The notes under the pieces are model-generated. The model worked only from the letters and a program-made list of their open reading frames with translations, was not told the origin of the DNA and did not search any database. 64,000 bases of DNA from an uncultured Clostridia bacterium (GTDB lineage Bacteria > Bacillota > Clostridia > Christensenellales > UBA1242): the NCBI GenBank assembly GCA_934757845.1, contig CAKVLQ010000003.1, positions 43,657 to 107,656 on the forward strand, given 5' to 3'. The position numbers and the translations under genes were made by a program. Positions 45,352 through 54,848 of this stretch are shown here, piece by piece. Positions within the stretch are counted from its first letter, which is position 1. The number at the start of each line of letters is the position of its first letter.

Positions 45352-45424
45352 TCCGGTATAAATCCGGTAAATTGTCGGCATTTGTCCGGTATTTATTGTA
45401 AATTCTTATAAAATATGTTATAAT
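45352..45424 (+). promoter_or_regulatory. BREX promoter with three TCCGGTA repeats
   Basis: TCCGGTA at 45352, 45363 and 45385. TTGTAA 45396-401, 17-nt spacer, TATAAT 45419-24 with an upstream TG. Confidence 0.5.
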
Positions 45425-45457
45425 GCCTATAATTAAAGAATTTATGAGGGTTGACAG

Positions 45458-46057
45458 ATGAAAGCAGAGTTAAAATATTCTTCACAAATTAAAGATATGG
45501 GATTGCTTGAAAAAGAAATGAAAATTGCGTGCCAAGAATACCAAAATACGAAGGATTTAGGTGTCATTATTCAGAAATCAATTAGTGATAACATCTTTAT
45601 GGTTAATACTGAAAGACGTAGGAAAGAACTTGCTTATAAGATTATTGCAAGAATGGCTGTTTTAGACGATTATCTAATTGAACAACTTGCTAATAGTCCA
45701 TACAACACAGCAGCTTTGCTTTCTTTGTATGCCTTAATGAAAACCGATAGAATGACATTTGAGTTTATGAATGAAGTTATTAAGGACAAGATTGAACTTA
45801 TGAATTATAGGTTGACAGATATTGAATTAAATCAATTTATCCTTTGCAAAGCACAACAAAGTGAACTTGTTGCAAAGTGGAAGGACAGCAACAAAATTCA
45901 AGTTAAATCAGCATTAAGAAAGATAATCACTGACGCTGGAATAATTAGGGATTTGGGTAGTGTTCTTATGATTATGCCACCAATCCTTGACAAACAAATA
46001 TACAATCACATTGTCGAATTAGGTGATAAAAAATATTTAGAAGCTATGGGAGTGTAA
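45458..46057 (+). CDS. brxA: BREX protein BrxA (DUF1819-type)
   Basis: About 200 aa, first gene of the canonical type I BREX order; called by synteny. Confidence 0.65.
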   Translation: MKAELKYSSQIKDMGLLEKEMKIACQEYQNTKDLGVIIQKSISDNIFMVNTERRRKELAYKIIARMAVLDDYLIEQLANSPYNTAALLSLYALMKTDRMTFEFMNEVIKDKIELMNYRLTDIELNQFILCKAQQSELVAKWKDSNKIQVKSALRKIITDAGIIRDLGSVLMIMPPILDKQIYNHIVELGDKKYLEAMGV

Positions 46058-46058
46058 A

Positions 46059-46631
46059 ATGACAACAGCAGATAAGTTGAACTTAATAGAAGGTAGGATA
46101 AAGGAACCAGACTTTATTAAAATAAGAAGTTTGGGAAATGAAGTTCCTTTCTATATATTCGATTATAATCCACAAGATGAATTTCAAGTTAGAGAACACT
46201 TGAAGGCTCTTGAACAAAAAATAAACAATGAAAACGGAAATATCAAAATAAAGATTATTGACTTGTTTGATGTTTTGGTTAATTGCTTAAAAGATAAGGG
46301 TTATCTTGATAGAGCAATAGACCTTGAAAAAAGATACGGAAGCGAAAAGTTTATTGACACAATAAAAAATTCACTTGGATTAAAAACTGAAAACAATGTA
46401 TTTGTTAAGAAAATTGTTGAACAGGTTGAACCAAATGAAGTATTGTTTATTACTGGTGTTGGGAAAATCTATCCAATTATGAGGTCGCACAAGTTGTTAA
46501 ACAACTTATTCCCATACATAACACAAAATCCATTAGTTTTATTCTTTCCGGGGTCATACTCAGGTTATGGATTGGATTTATTTGATGAGATTAAGGGCGA
46601 TAACTATTACAGGGCGTTTAAATTATTATAA
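46059..46631 (+). CDS. brxB: BREX protein BrxB (DUF1788-type)
   Basis: 190 aa, starts 1 nt after the brxA stop; called by synteny. Confidence 0.65.
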   Translation: MTTADKLNLIEGRIKEPDFIKIRSLGNEVPFYIFDYNPQDEFQVREHLKALEQKINNENGNIKIKIIDLFDVLVNCLKDKGYLDRAIDLEKRYGSEKFIDTIKNSLGLKTENNVFVKKIVEQVEPNEVLFITGVGKIYPIMRSHKLLNNLFPYITQNPLVLFFPGSYSGYGLDLFDEIKGDNYYRAFKLL

Positions 46632-46643
46632 GGAGCAAATGAA

Positions 46644-49600
46644 ATGATTATTAGAGATATATTTGAAAAACCTATTGATAGACCACTTGAAGGTGTTATT
46701 AAAGTTGGTAAAAACACGGAAGAAGCAGTTTTTGAAGAAGTAAATGAATACGTTGTTACAAAGGAATTAAGAGGCTATTTTTCAACATTCTTTGAGAAAT
46801 ATGCTGACGCTTTGAAAGCAAGAACCAATGATGTTGGTGTTTGGATTTCAGGTTTCTTTGGAAGTGGTAAATCTCACTTCTTGAAGATTTTGTCTTATAT
46901 TTTGGAAAACAGAGAAATTAGAGGTAAAAGAGCATATCAATATTTTGAAGATAAGATTGACGACCCAATGATTGTTGCCAATATGAAAGCTGCTTCTGAC
47001 TATAACAGTGATGTTTTACTTTTCAACATTGATAGTGTATCTGACGCTGACGCTAGAAGTAATAAAGAAGGCCTTGTTAAGGTATTCAATAAGATGTTCA
47101 ACAAAATGCAAGGCTTCTCTGAAAGTATGCCTTGGCTTGCCGAACTTGAAAGACAAATGGTTAAAAATGGCACTTATGAAGAATTTAAAAAGGAATTCCA
47201 AAACATAAGTGGCGATACTTGGGAAAATAGGAGAGATGACTTCTATTTTGAAGAAGATAACATTGTTGAAGCTCTTGCAAAAACAAACAATATTTCAGTT
47301 GAGGCTGCTAGAAATACATATCAAAGAGCAGAAAACAACTTTACTTTAAGTATTGACCAATTTGCTATCAAAGTAAGAGAATACATTGAAAATAAGGGCA
47401 GAAATCATAATGTTATCTTTATGATTGATGAAATGGGACAATACATTGGCAACGACTCTGGTTTAATGTTAAATCTTCAAACTATCGTTGAAAGACTTGG
47501 TGTTGAATGTGGTGGTCGTGCTTGGGTGTTTGTAACAAGCCAAGAAGCCATTGATACAGTTTCTAAAAATGTAAACAATAAAGACTTTTCTAAAATTCAA
47601 GGTAGATTTAGCATTAGAATTTCTCTTTCTTCTTCAAATGCTGATGAAGTTATCAAAAAGAGAATACTTGAAAAAACTGACCTTGCGAATGAAAGTTTGA
47701 AAGAACTTTATGGTAGAAAGAGTGCAGTTATCAAAAACCTTGTTTCATTTAGCGCTAACACACCAGATATTAAAGCATTTAAGGCAGATAAAGATTTCAC
47801 TGAAATTTATCCTTTCTTGCCATATCAATTTAACTTATTGCAATCTGCTTACAACAGCATAAGAAATCGTGGTGCGAGTGGTAAACACCTTTCAGAAGGT
47901 GAACGTTCATTACTTTCTGCATTTAAAGAAAGTGCCATGAGCAACGAAAACAAAGAGATTGGAGCAATCGTTCCATTTAGTGATTTCTATAACTCAATCG
48001 AAACATTCCTTGACCACGAAATTAGAAATGTAATGACAAGGGCAGAGAATAATGAAAACCTTGTAATGCCACAAGATTTGAGCCTTTTAAAGACATTATT
48101 CTTAATCAAAGACCTTGATGATAAAATGCCAGCAAATGTAGAGAACTTAACTACATTATCTTTAACAGGCATTGATGATGATAAAATTGCACTAAGAAAA
48201 CAAATCGAAGAAAGTATCAAGAGATTGTATTCTCAAAACTTAATTCAAAGAGATGGTGATAACTATATCTTCTTGACTAATGATGAACAAGATGTAAATC
48301 GTGAGATTTCTTCTATCAATTTGGACCCAAGCGAAATCATTAAGTTTATTGGTGATGAAATCTTCAATAGTGTTTGTGATATGAAATACAAATACAACAA
48401 TAATGTTTCGCCATTTGCATTTAACCAAATTATTGATGAAAATCCAAGAGGACAACAGGTTAGTGAACTTGGCCTTGCTATTTACACACCTTACTATGGA
48501 AACATTAGTGATGAAGATATTAAGTTAAAGACACAAATGAACCATTGGGTTGTAATCAGAATGGCAGACAATTCTTTGCTTACTGATGAAATCGAAGGTT
48601 ATTTGAAACTTGAAAAGTATATCAGAACAAGAAATACAAGAACATCATCTTCAAATATTCAGAAGATTATGACTTTGAAGGCTGATGAATTGAGAAGAAA
48701 GCAAGAAAGAGCCCTTAATTTAATCCTTGAAGGAATTGAAAAGGCTGACATCTTTGCTAATACATCTAAACTTGAAATTAAACAAAAAACACCAAAAGAA
48801 AGAATAAATGAAGCATTTAGAATTTTGGTTGAAAGCACATACACAAAACTTAACTACATTACTAAATATTACGATAAATCAAGCGATTTGCTTGCACTTG
48901 TATCAAGCACAAGACAAATGAGCATTGATGGCATTGTGCCAAACAATTTGGCTATTGCAGAGATGAAAAAATATGTTGAAATGCAATATGAAAGACGTAT
49001 GCCTATTACTTTGCGTAGTTTGAATGATAGGTTCCAAAAAATACCTTATGGTTGGAATGAACTTGATATTGCAGGCGTTGTAATATCTCTTATGAAAACT
49101 GATGACATCAAACTTGAACTTGCTGGCCAACCAATCGTAATTAGTGATAGTAAACTTGTAGATTACTTAACAAAGAGAGATTACAAAGAAAGAGTTGCAG
49201 TTAAATTAAAGATAAGAACAAGTGATGAAATCGTTGATAGCATTAAGAGAATATTCAAAAATGTCTTTGTTCAATCTGTTGGTTATACCAATGATGAAGA
49301 ACTTAAACAGATGATTACAAGAACTTGTGAATATGAAAAAGACCATTTGCAAGCTTTCTTGGGATTATATCCACAAAGTGGTTATTACAGAACTTATGAT
49401 TATCAATTAACATACATCAACGATATTCCTTATCATAACACATTCAAATATCCGGGCTATGACCTTGTAAATAAGAGTTATGAGTTATTTACTCAACTTG
49501 GCAAAATCAATGACGCTAGCACATTATTTAGCAAGTTTATTGATAGCGAAAACGAGTTGATGGAATACAAGAAGAACTTTGATGTTATCAAGAACTTCTT

Positions 49601-50237
49601 TGAAAACCAAAGAGCAATTTTTGAAAGAGGTTGCAATAGAATTGACATCTATGAACAAAACAAATCATTTATCCTTAATGATAATGCAAAGGGTATTGTT
49701 GATGAACTTCAAAGCATTGTAACACTTGAAAGTCCATATTCTGAAATACACCGTATTCCAGACCTTTGCCAAAGATTTGATAACATCTTAATCCATGTAT
49801 TGGAAAAGGAATCTGAACCAATTTGCAAGGAAATTGACGAAATGCAAAAAGATGTAATTGACGCCTATAATAGATACGAAATTACAATTCAAGCATTAGA
49901 TGTTCAATTCAAAATGCTTAAAGACAAAGCAACACAATCACAAATTGTTTCAACTATCAGAAATGTTAGGGAAGAAGCAATTAGACTTCGTGATGATTTG
50001 ATTAACAGAGCAACTGAAATTTACAAAGAAAGAATTAAAGAAGAACAAAAGAAAAACCCAAATGTTAAGATTGAAGTTAAGAAAATTAAGAAAAACATTT
50101 CATTGTCAGTAACTGAAATTCTTGGCAAATCAAATATTAAGTTAAGTTCTGAAAGCGATATTGACAACTTTGTAAATGACCTTAAATCAAAACTTAAAGA
50201 AAGACTTAATGATGATATTGTTATCAATATTAAGTAG
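46644..50237 (+). CDS. brxC: BREX P-loop ATPase BrxC/PglY
   Basis: 1197 aa with Walker A GFFGSGKSHFLK near residue 70 and Walker B IFMIDEMG. Confidence 0.8.
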   Translation: MIIRDIFEKPIDRPLEGVIKVGKNTEEAVFEEVNEYVVTKELRGYFSTFFEKYADALKARTNDVGVWISGFFGSGKSHFLKILSYILENREIRGKRAYQYFEDKIDDPMIVANMKAASDYNSDVLLFNIDSVSDADARSNKEGLVKVFNKMFNKMQGFSESMPWLAELERQMVKNGTYEEFKKEFQNISGDTWENRRDDFYFEEDNIVEALAKTNNISVEAARNTYQRAENNFTLSIDQFAIKVREYIENKGRNHNVIFMIDEMGQYIGNDSGLMLNLQTIVERLGVECGGRAWVFVTSQEAIDTVSKNVNNKDFSKIQGRFSIRISLSSSNADEVIKKRILEKTDLANESLKELYGRKSAVIKNLVSFSANTPDIKAFKADKDFTEIYPFLPYQFNLLQSAYNSIRNRGASGKHLSEGERSLLSAFKESAMSNENKEIGAIVPFSDFYNSIETFLDHEIRNVMTRAENNENLVMPQDLSLLKTLFLIKDLDDKMPANVENLTTLSLTGIDDDKIALRKQIEESIKRLYSQNLIQRDGDNYIFLTNDEQDVNREISSINLDPSEIIKFIGDEIFNSVCDMKYKYNNNVSPFAFNQIIDENPRGQQVSELGLAIYTPYYGNISDEDIKLKTQMNHWVVIRMADNSLLTDEIEGYLKLEKYIRTRNTRTSSSNIQKIMTLKADELRRKQERALNLILEGIEKADIFANTSKLEIKQKTPKERINEAFRILVESTYTKLNYITKYYDKSSDLLALVSSTRQMSIDGIVPNNLAIAEMKKYVEMQYERRMPITLRSLNDRFQKIPYGWNELDIAGVVISLMKTDDIKLELAGQPIVISDSKLVDYLTKRDYKERVAVKLKIRTSDEIVDSIKRIFKNVFVQSVGYTNDEELKQMITRTCEYEKDHLQAFLGLYPQSGYYRTYDYQLTYINDIPYHNTFKYPGYDLVNKSYELFTQLGKINDASTLFSKFIDSENELMEYKKNFDVIKNFFENQRAIFERGCNRIDIYEQNKSFILNDNAKGIVDELQSIVTLESPYSEIHRIPDLCQRFDNILIHVLEKESEPICKEIDEMQKDVIDAYNRYEITIQALDVQFKMLKDKATQSQIVSTIRNVREEAIRLRDDLINRATEIYKERIKEEQKKNPNVKIEVKKIKKNISLSVTEILGKSNIKLSSESDIDNFVNDLKSKLKERLNDDIVINIK

Positions 50238-50278
50238 CAAATAAAAAACAAAGAAAAAATATAAATGTGAGGGCACTG

Positions 50279-53200
50279 ATGAATAAATCTGCATTAAGAA
50301 ATTTCGCTGTTTGGGCGAGAAGGGATTTAATTAAAAGAATATCCGACCGAGCAAACTTGCTTGGTGTTTATGAAGATAAACCTACAAAGGAAATACAAGC
50401 AACAACTGAAAAGGGTTTTGTTGTTAATGGTGTTACTTTTAATTATAAAAAAGATATTAGAGACGCTTTTGTAAAAAGAGTGCAAGAACTTGGCTATCAA
50501 GACGCTATTGAAGAAATAGCTTATACTTGGTTTAACCGTATTGTTGCGCTTCGTTTTATGGAAGTTAATGGTTATCTTACAAATGGTAAAAATGGTGAGA
50601 AAATTTATGTGATTGGCTCTACTGTTGATGGTAAAAATGAACCAGATGCCCTTACTAATGCAGATAAACTTTCATTTGTAGATAAATTCACAGTTTATGA
50701 CTATCAAGACGCTAACGACAATAATGGCCTTTATAGATACATTCTTACAAAGCAATGTAATGATTTGAATAAAGCAATGCCATTGATGTTTGAAGAAATT
50801 GAAGATTATGCTGAACTCCTATTACCAGACCACTTGCTTGATAAAGGTGCAATCATTGACCACTTAGTTAATGATATTTCTGCAAAAGATTTCAATATAA
50901 CAGTTAAAGATGATGATGGTGAAAATTCCAGTCAAGTTGAAATAGTAGGGTGGTTATACCAATTCTATATTTCAGAAAAGAAAGATGAGGTTTTTGCTAG
51001 CAAAGACCAAATAAATAAAGGAACATTGCCAGCGGTTACTCAATTATTTACACCAGATTGGGTAGTAAAATATATGACAGATAACTCACTAGGCAAGATG
51101 TGGGTTGATGGGCATAAAAATTCAAAATTAAAACAAAGTCTTAAATATTTTGTTAAAGAAGCAGAGCAATCTGATGATGTAAAAGAAAAACTTGCTGAAA
51201 TTAACAAACAATATGCAGAAAAAAGAGTAACTGATATAACTTTTATTGACCCTTGTTGTGGTAGTGGTCATATTCTTGTTTACGCATTTGATTTATTCTA
51301 TAAGATGTATTTGGAAAGTGGCTATGTTTCAAATGAAATTCCAAGTATGATACTTAAAAATAATATCTTTGGTATAGATATTGATAAACGTGCTGTTCAA
51401 CTAACTTCTTTTGCATTGACTATGAAAGCATTGTCTTATGATAAAGATTTCTTGACAAAACAAATTTATCCTAATGTTATTGATATTAAGGAAAGTAATT
51501 CGCTTAATGTAAATGACATTAAAGAATTTTTCGATGTTGCAAGGCTTTCAAATAATGATGAAGAAGTTATTGAAGAAATTGTTGAAAAATTCAGGGACGC
51601 TGAGCTTTATGGTTCCTTAATTAAGGATTTTAGATACACACCAGAGAGATATGATGTAGTTTTGAAATATATTCAAAACAATGTTGACCCAGACGCCATA
51701 TTTAATCTTGTTGATAGAGTTGCTATAATTAACACAAAGCCTTTGATTTGTGATTTACTACGTCAGGCATTTATTTTGGGTTCAATGTATGACATTGTGG
51801 CAACTAACCCACCATATATGCCTACAACAAATAATGAAAAATTGAGTGAATTTGCAAAATTATACTATCCAGATAGTAAAACTGACCTTTTTGCCATGTT
51901 TATGGAAAATAATCTGGTAAAGAAGAATGGCCTGTTAGCAATGATAAATATGAATGCTTGGATGTTTTTAAGTAGTTATGCAGAATTGAGAAGTAAAATA
52001 ATAAATTCAATGGATATTTTATCCATGCTACACTTGGGGCCAAGAGCATTTGAAGAAATAGGTGGAGAAGTTGTTCAAACAACAACTTTTGTGATGAGAA
52101 GTCAAAGCGGCGTAAAAGGAAATTTTTATCGTTTAGTTAATTATAAAAATCCACTTGAAAAGGAAAAACAATTTTTGAATAACAAAAATTCTTTTTATAT
52201 CAAATCGACAAAAGAATTTGAAGTTATACCGGGAAAACCTATTGTTTACTGGATTTCAGATAATTTTATAAATTTGTTTAATAATGAATGTGTTGGGAAA
52301 AAATGCAAAACATTGAGAGGTTATGCAACAGCCAGCGGTGATGGATATGTCAGAGATTGGGTTGAAGTTGATTTTAAAAATATAAATTTTAATGCAAGTT
52401 CAAACGAAGAAGCTTATTTATCAAATTTAAAATGGTTTTTGTATAATAAAGGTGGTCAATATCGTAAATGGTATGGCAACAATTATAAAGTAGTTGACTA
52501 CTATAAAAATGGAGAACAATACAAAGAAATAAAGGGCTTTTGTTTTAGTAATCAAAGGGATTATTTTAAAGAAGGGATTACTTGGTCTAAAATATCAAGT
52601 GGGCATTCGAGTTTTAGATACAATGAAAAAGGTTATATTTTTGGTGATGCCGGTCCTGCTTTACAGACCACAACTAATTTAAAATATTATATGGCTTTGT
52701 TAAACTCCAATCTTGCAAACACTATACAATCTTTTATAAATCCTACACTAAATACAACAAATGAAACTGTAAATGCAATTCCAGTTTTGTTTAATGAAAG
52801 ATTTATTGATATAATTAAGAAGATAGTTAATCAAAATATTGTAAATTCAAAACTTGATTGGGACCAATATGAAACAAGTTGGGATTTCATCAAAAATCCA
52901 CTCTTGCCAAGTTATTTTGGTATAAATGCAAACTGGAATTTAGGTTCACAGTATGTGTCATATAAAAGTGTAATAAACCAACGTTTTGATGTCTTAAAAC
53001 AAAACGAAGAAGAACTTAATAAAATATTTATTGAAATTTATGGCCTTAATGATGAACTATTGCCAGATGTCGCTGACAAAGATATAACAGTTGCAAGAAT
53101 TTACGACACAAAAAATAAAATTCCAGATGAAATGAAAAATAATATTTATGTTAAAACAAAGCAAGATGTTGTAAAAGATTTGATTTCTTATATTGTTGGT

Positions 53201-53968
53201 TGTGCATTTGGGCGATATAGTCCATACAAAGAAGGATTGATTTTTGCTGGTGGAAAATTTAACTATGACCAATATATGGATATTACAAAAAGCTTAGAGC
53301 AACCACTTGTTCAAAATGGTTTGCAGAACTATGTTAAGTCATTTATGCCAAGTGAAGAAAATTGTATTTTACTTACAGATAATGACTATGGTGATAACAA
53401 AATGATTGATTTTGTAGTTAAATTTGTGAGACTTGTTTATGGTTCAGCAACTTTGGAAGAAAACTTGAAATTTATTGCAAATGCACTAGATGAGAAATCG
53501 ACAGATACACCACGCAATGTGATTAGAGAATATCTCGCAAATGATTTCTTTAAAGACCATTGTAAAAAATATCAAAATAGACCAATTTATTGGCAATTTG
53601 ACAGTGGAAAAAATGGTGGTTTTAGAGCTTTAATGTATATTCATAGATATGATGAAAATACAATACCAACTGCAAGATTGTCTTATTTACACGACATTCA
53701 ATGGAAATATGAGCAAGAAAAAGATAGACTTGAAAAATTGATAGAGAACTCTACAATCACAAGTGAAAAGGCGAAAGCACGTAAAGAACTTGACCTAATT
53801 GATAAACAAATTCTTGAATGTAAAGCCTATGATGAAGTGTTAAATCACGCTGCTAATATGAGAATATCAATCGACCTTGATGATGGTGTTAAAGTGAACT
53901 ATCAAAAATTCCAAAAACTAGATGGTGATAAAGATAAAAATATCTTATCAACTTACTTAAAATTTTAA
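50279..53968 (+). CDS. pglX: BREX N6-adenine DNA methyltransferase PglX
   Basis: N-terminus MNKSALRNFAVWAR, SAM motif FIDPCCGSGHIL and catalytic NPPY (VATNPPYMP). About 1230 aa. Confidence 0.85.
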   Translation: MNKSALRNFAVWARRDLIKRISDRANLLGVYEDKPTKEIQATTEKGFVVNGVTFNYKKDIRDAFVKRVQELGYQDAIEEIAYTWFNRIVALRFMEVNGYLTNGKNGEKIYVIGSTVDGKNEPDALTNADKLSFVDKFTVYDYQDANDNNGLYRYILTKQCNDLNKAMPLMFEEIEDYAELLLPDHLLDKGAIIDHLVNDISAKDFNITVKDDDGENSSQVEIVGWLYQFYISEKKDEVFASKDQINKGTLPAVTQLFTPDWVVKYMTDNSLGKMWVDGHKNSKLKQSLKYFVKEAEQSDDVKEKLAEINKQYAEKRVTDITFIDPCCGSGHILVYAFDLFYKMYLESGYVSNEIPSMILKNNIFGIDIDKRAVQLTSFALTMKALSYDKDFLTKQIYPNVIDIKESNSLNVNDIKEFFDVARLSNNDEEVIEEIVEKFRDAELYGSLIKDFRYTPERYDVVLKYIQNNVDPDAIFNLVDRVAIINTKPLICDLLRQAFILGSMYDIVATNPPYMPTTNNEKLSEFAKLYYPDSKTDLFAMFMENNLVKKNGLLAMINMNAWMFLSSYAELRSKIINSMDILSMLHLGPRAFEEIGGEVVQTTTFVMRSQSGVKGNFYRLVNYKNPLEKEKQFLNNKNSFYIKSTKEFEVIPGKPIVYWISDNFINLFNNECVGKKCKTLRGYATASGDGYVRDWVEVDFKNINFNASSNEEAYLSNLKWFLYNKGGQYRKWYGNNYKVVDYYKNGEQYKEIKGFCFSNQRDYFKEGITWSKISSGHSSFRYNEKGYIFGDAGPALQTTTNLKYYMALLNSNLANTIQSFINPTLNTTNETVNAIPVLFNERFIDIIKKIVNQNIVNSKLDWDQYETSWDFIKNPLLPSYFGINANWNLGSQYVSYKSVINQRFDVLKQNEEELNKIFIEIYGLNDELLPDVADKDITVARIYDTKNKIPDEMKNNIYVKTKQDVVKDLISYIVGCAFGRYSPYKEGLIFAGGKFNYDQYMDITKSLEQPLVQNGLQNYVKSFMPSEENCILLTDNDYGDNKMIDFVVKFVRLVYGSATLEENLKFIANALDEKSTDTPRNVIREYLANDFFKDHCKKYQNRPIYWQFDSGKNGGFRALMYIHRYDENTIPTARLSYLHDIQWKYEQEKDRLEKLIENSTITSEKAKARKELDLIDKQILECKAYDEVLNHAANMRISIDLDDGVKVNYQKFQKLDGDKDKNILSTYLKF

Positions 53969-53978
53969 GGAGGAATGA

Positions 53979-54839
53979 ATGAATAGATTAGTTAGTATTG
54001 ATTTTTCAAAAAAGGATAGTCAAGTTATTCCAATTACAGTAATAGGTGATGTAGATAAAATATATCCGGGATTTATTGATGATTTTGATAACATTACAAC
54101 GATAAAGAAAATAATACATCTTATAGATGAGCAACAGGTTACATTTTATGAACTTAAAAAAGATATTGAAGATTACTCAAAAAGAGAACCTATGTATTTC
54201 CCAAAATCAACACTTATCAAAATCAACAACGGATTGAAATCATTTTTAGGTAATATATTACCATTTTTGAATAACATTGAACCTTACTATGGAAAAGATG
54301 TATTTGACAAAATTAGACATTCATTTTACGACAATTATTTAGGTTATAGATTTACATACGAATTAAGAAATATTATGCAACATGGAAAATTAAATTTATC
54401 AGTAAATGAAGATAGTAACCATAATGTAGAAATTATTGCTGATAGAGACGATTTGATTGAAAAAGGAAAAGTAGTTAAAAATAAAGTATTAGAGTGGTTT
54501 AATAAGTTACCAGAAAAAATATCAGTGTTGCCACATATAAATTGCTTTTATAATGTCATGATAGAAATGGTAGAAGCTTTACTATCAAAAACATTTTCAA
54601 TGGATAAACATATTAGATTTATGACAAATATGCGAAAATATTTTAAACCTAATTGCGAATTATGTATTGAAATGAACATTAAAGAAGAAACAAAAGATGG
54701 TGTAACACAACGAAATATGACATTTGACTATATTCAACCACAGGTTATTCTGCAAAATATAGACCATTGCTTTAAGGCTAAATGTATTCAAAGAAGTGTT
54801 GGGAAAATATCTATAAATATAGATTATTTTAAAAGTTAG
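53979..54839 (+). CDS. unknown 286-aa protein embedded in the BREX operon, with Rx4H (HEPN-like) motif
   Basis: AGGAGG RBS, 10 nt after pglX and 9 nt before pglZ. ELRNIMQHG places R130 and H135 at nt 54366-54383. Confidence 0.6.
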   Translation: MNRLVSIDFSKKDSQVIPITVIGDVDKIYPGFIDDFDNITTIKKIIHLIDEQQVTFYELKKDIEDYSKREPMYFPKSTLIKINNGLKSFLGNILPFLNNIEPYYGKDVFDKIRHSFYDNYLGYRFTYELRNIMQHGKLNLSVNEDSNHNVEIIADRDDLIEKGKVVKNKVLEWFNKLPEKISVLPHINCFYNVMIEMVEALLSKTFSMDKHIRFMTNMRKYFKPNCELCIEMNIKEETKDGVTQRNMTFDYIQPQVILQNIDHCFKAKCIQRSVGKISINIDYFKS

Positions 54840-54848
54840 GAGAAAATA

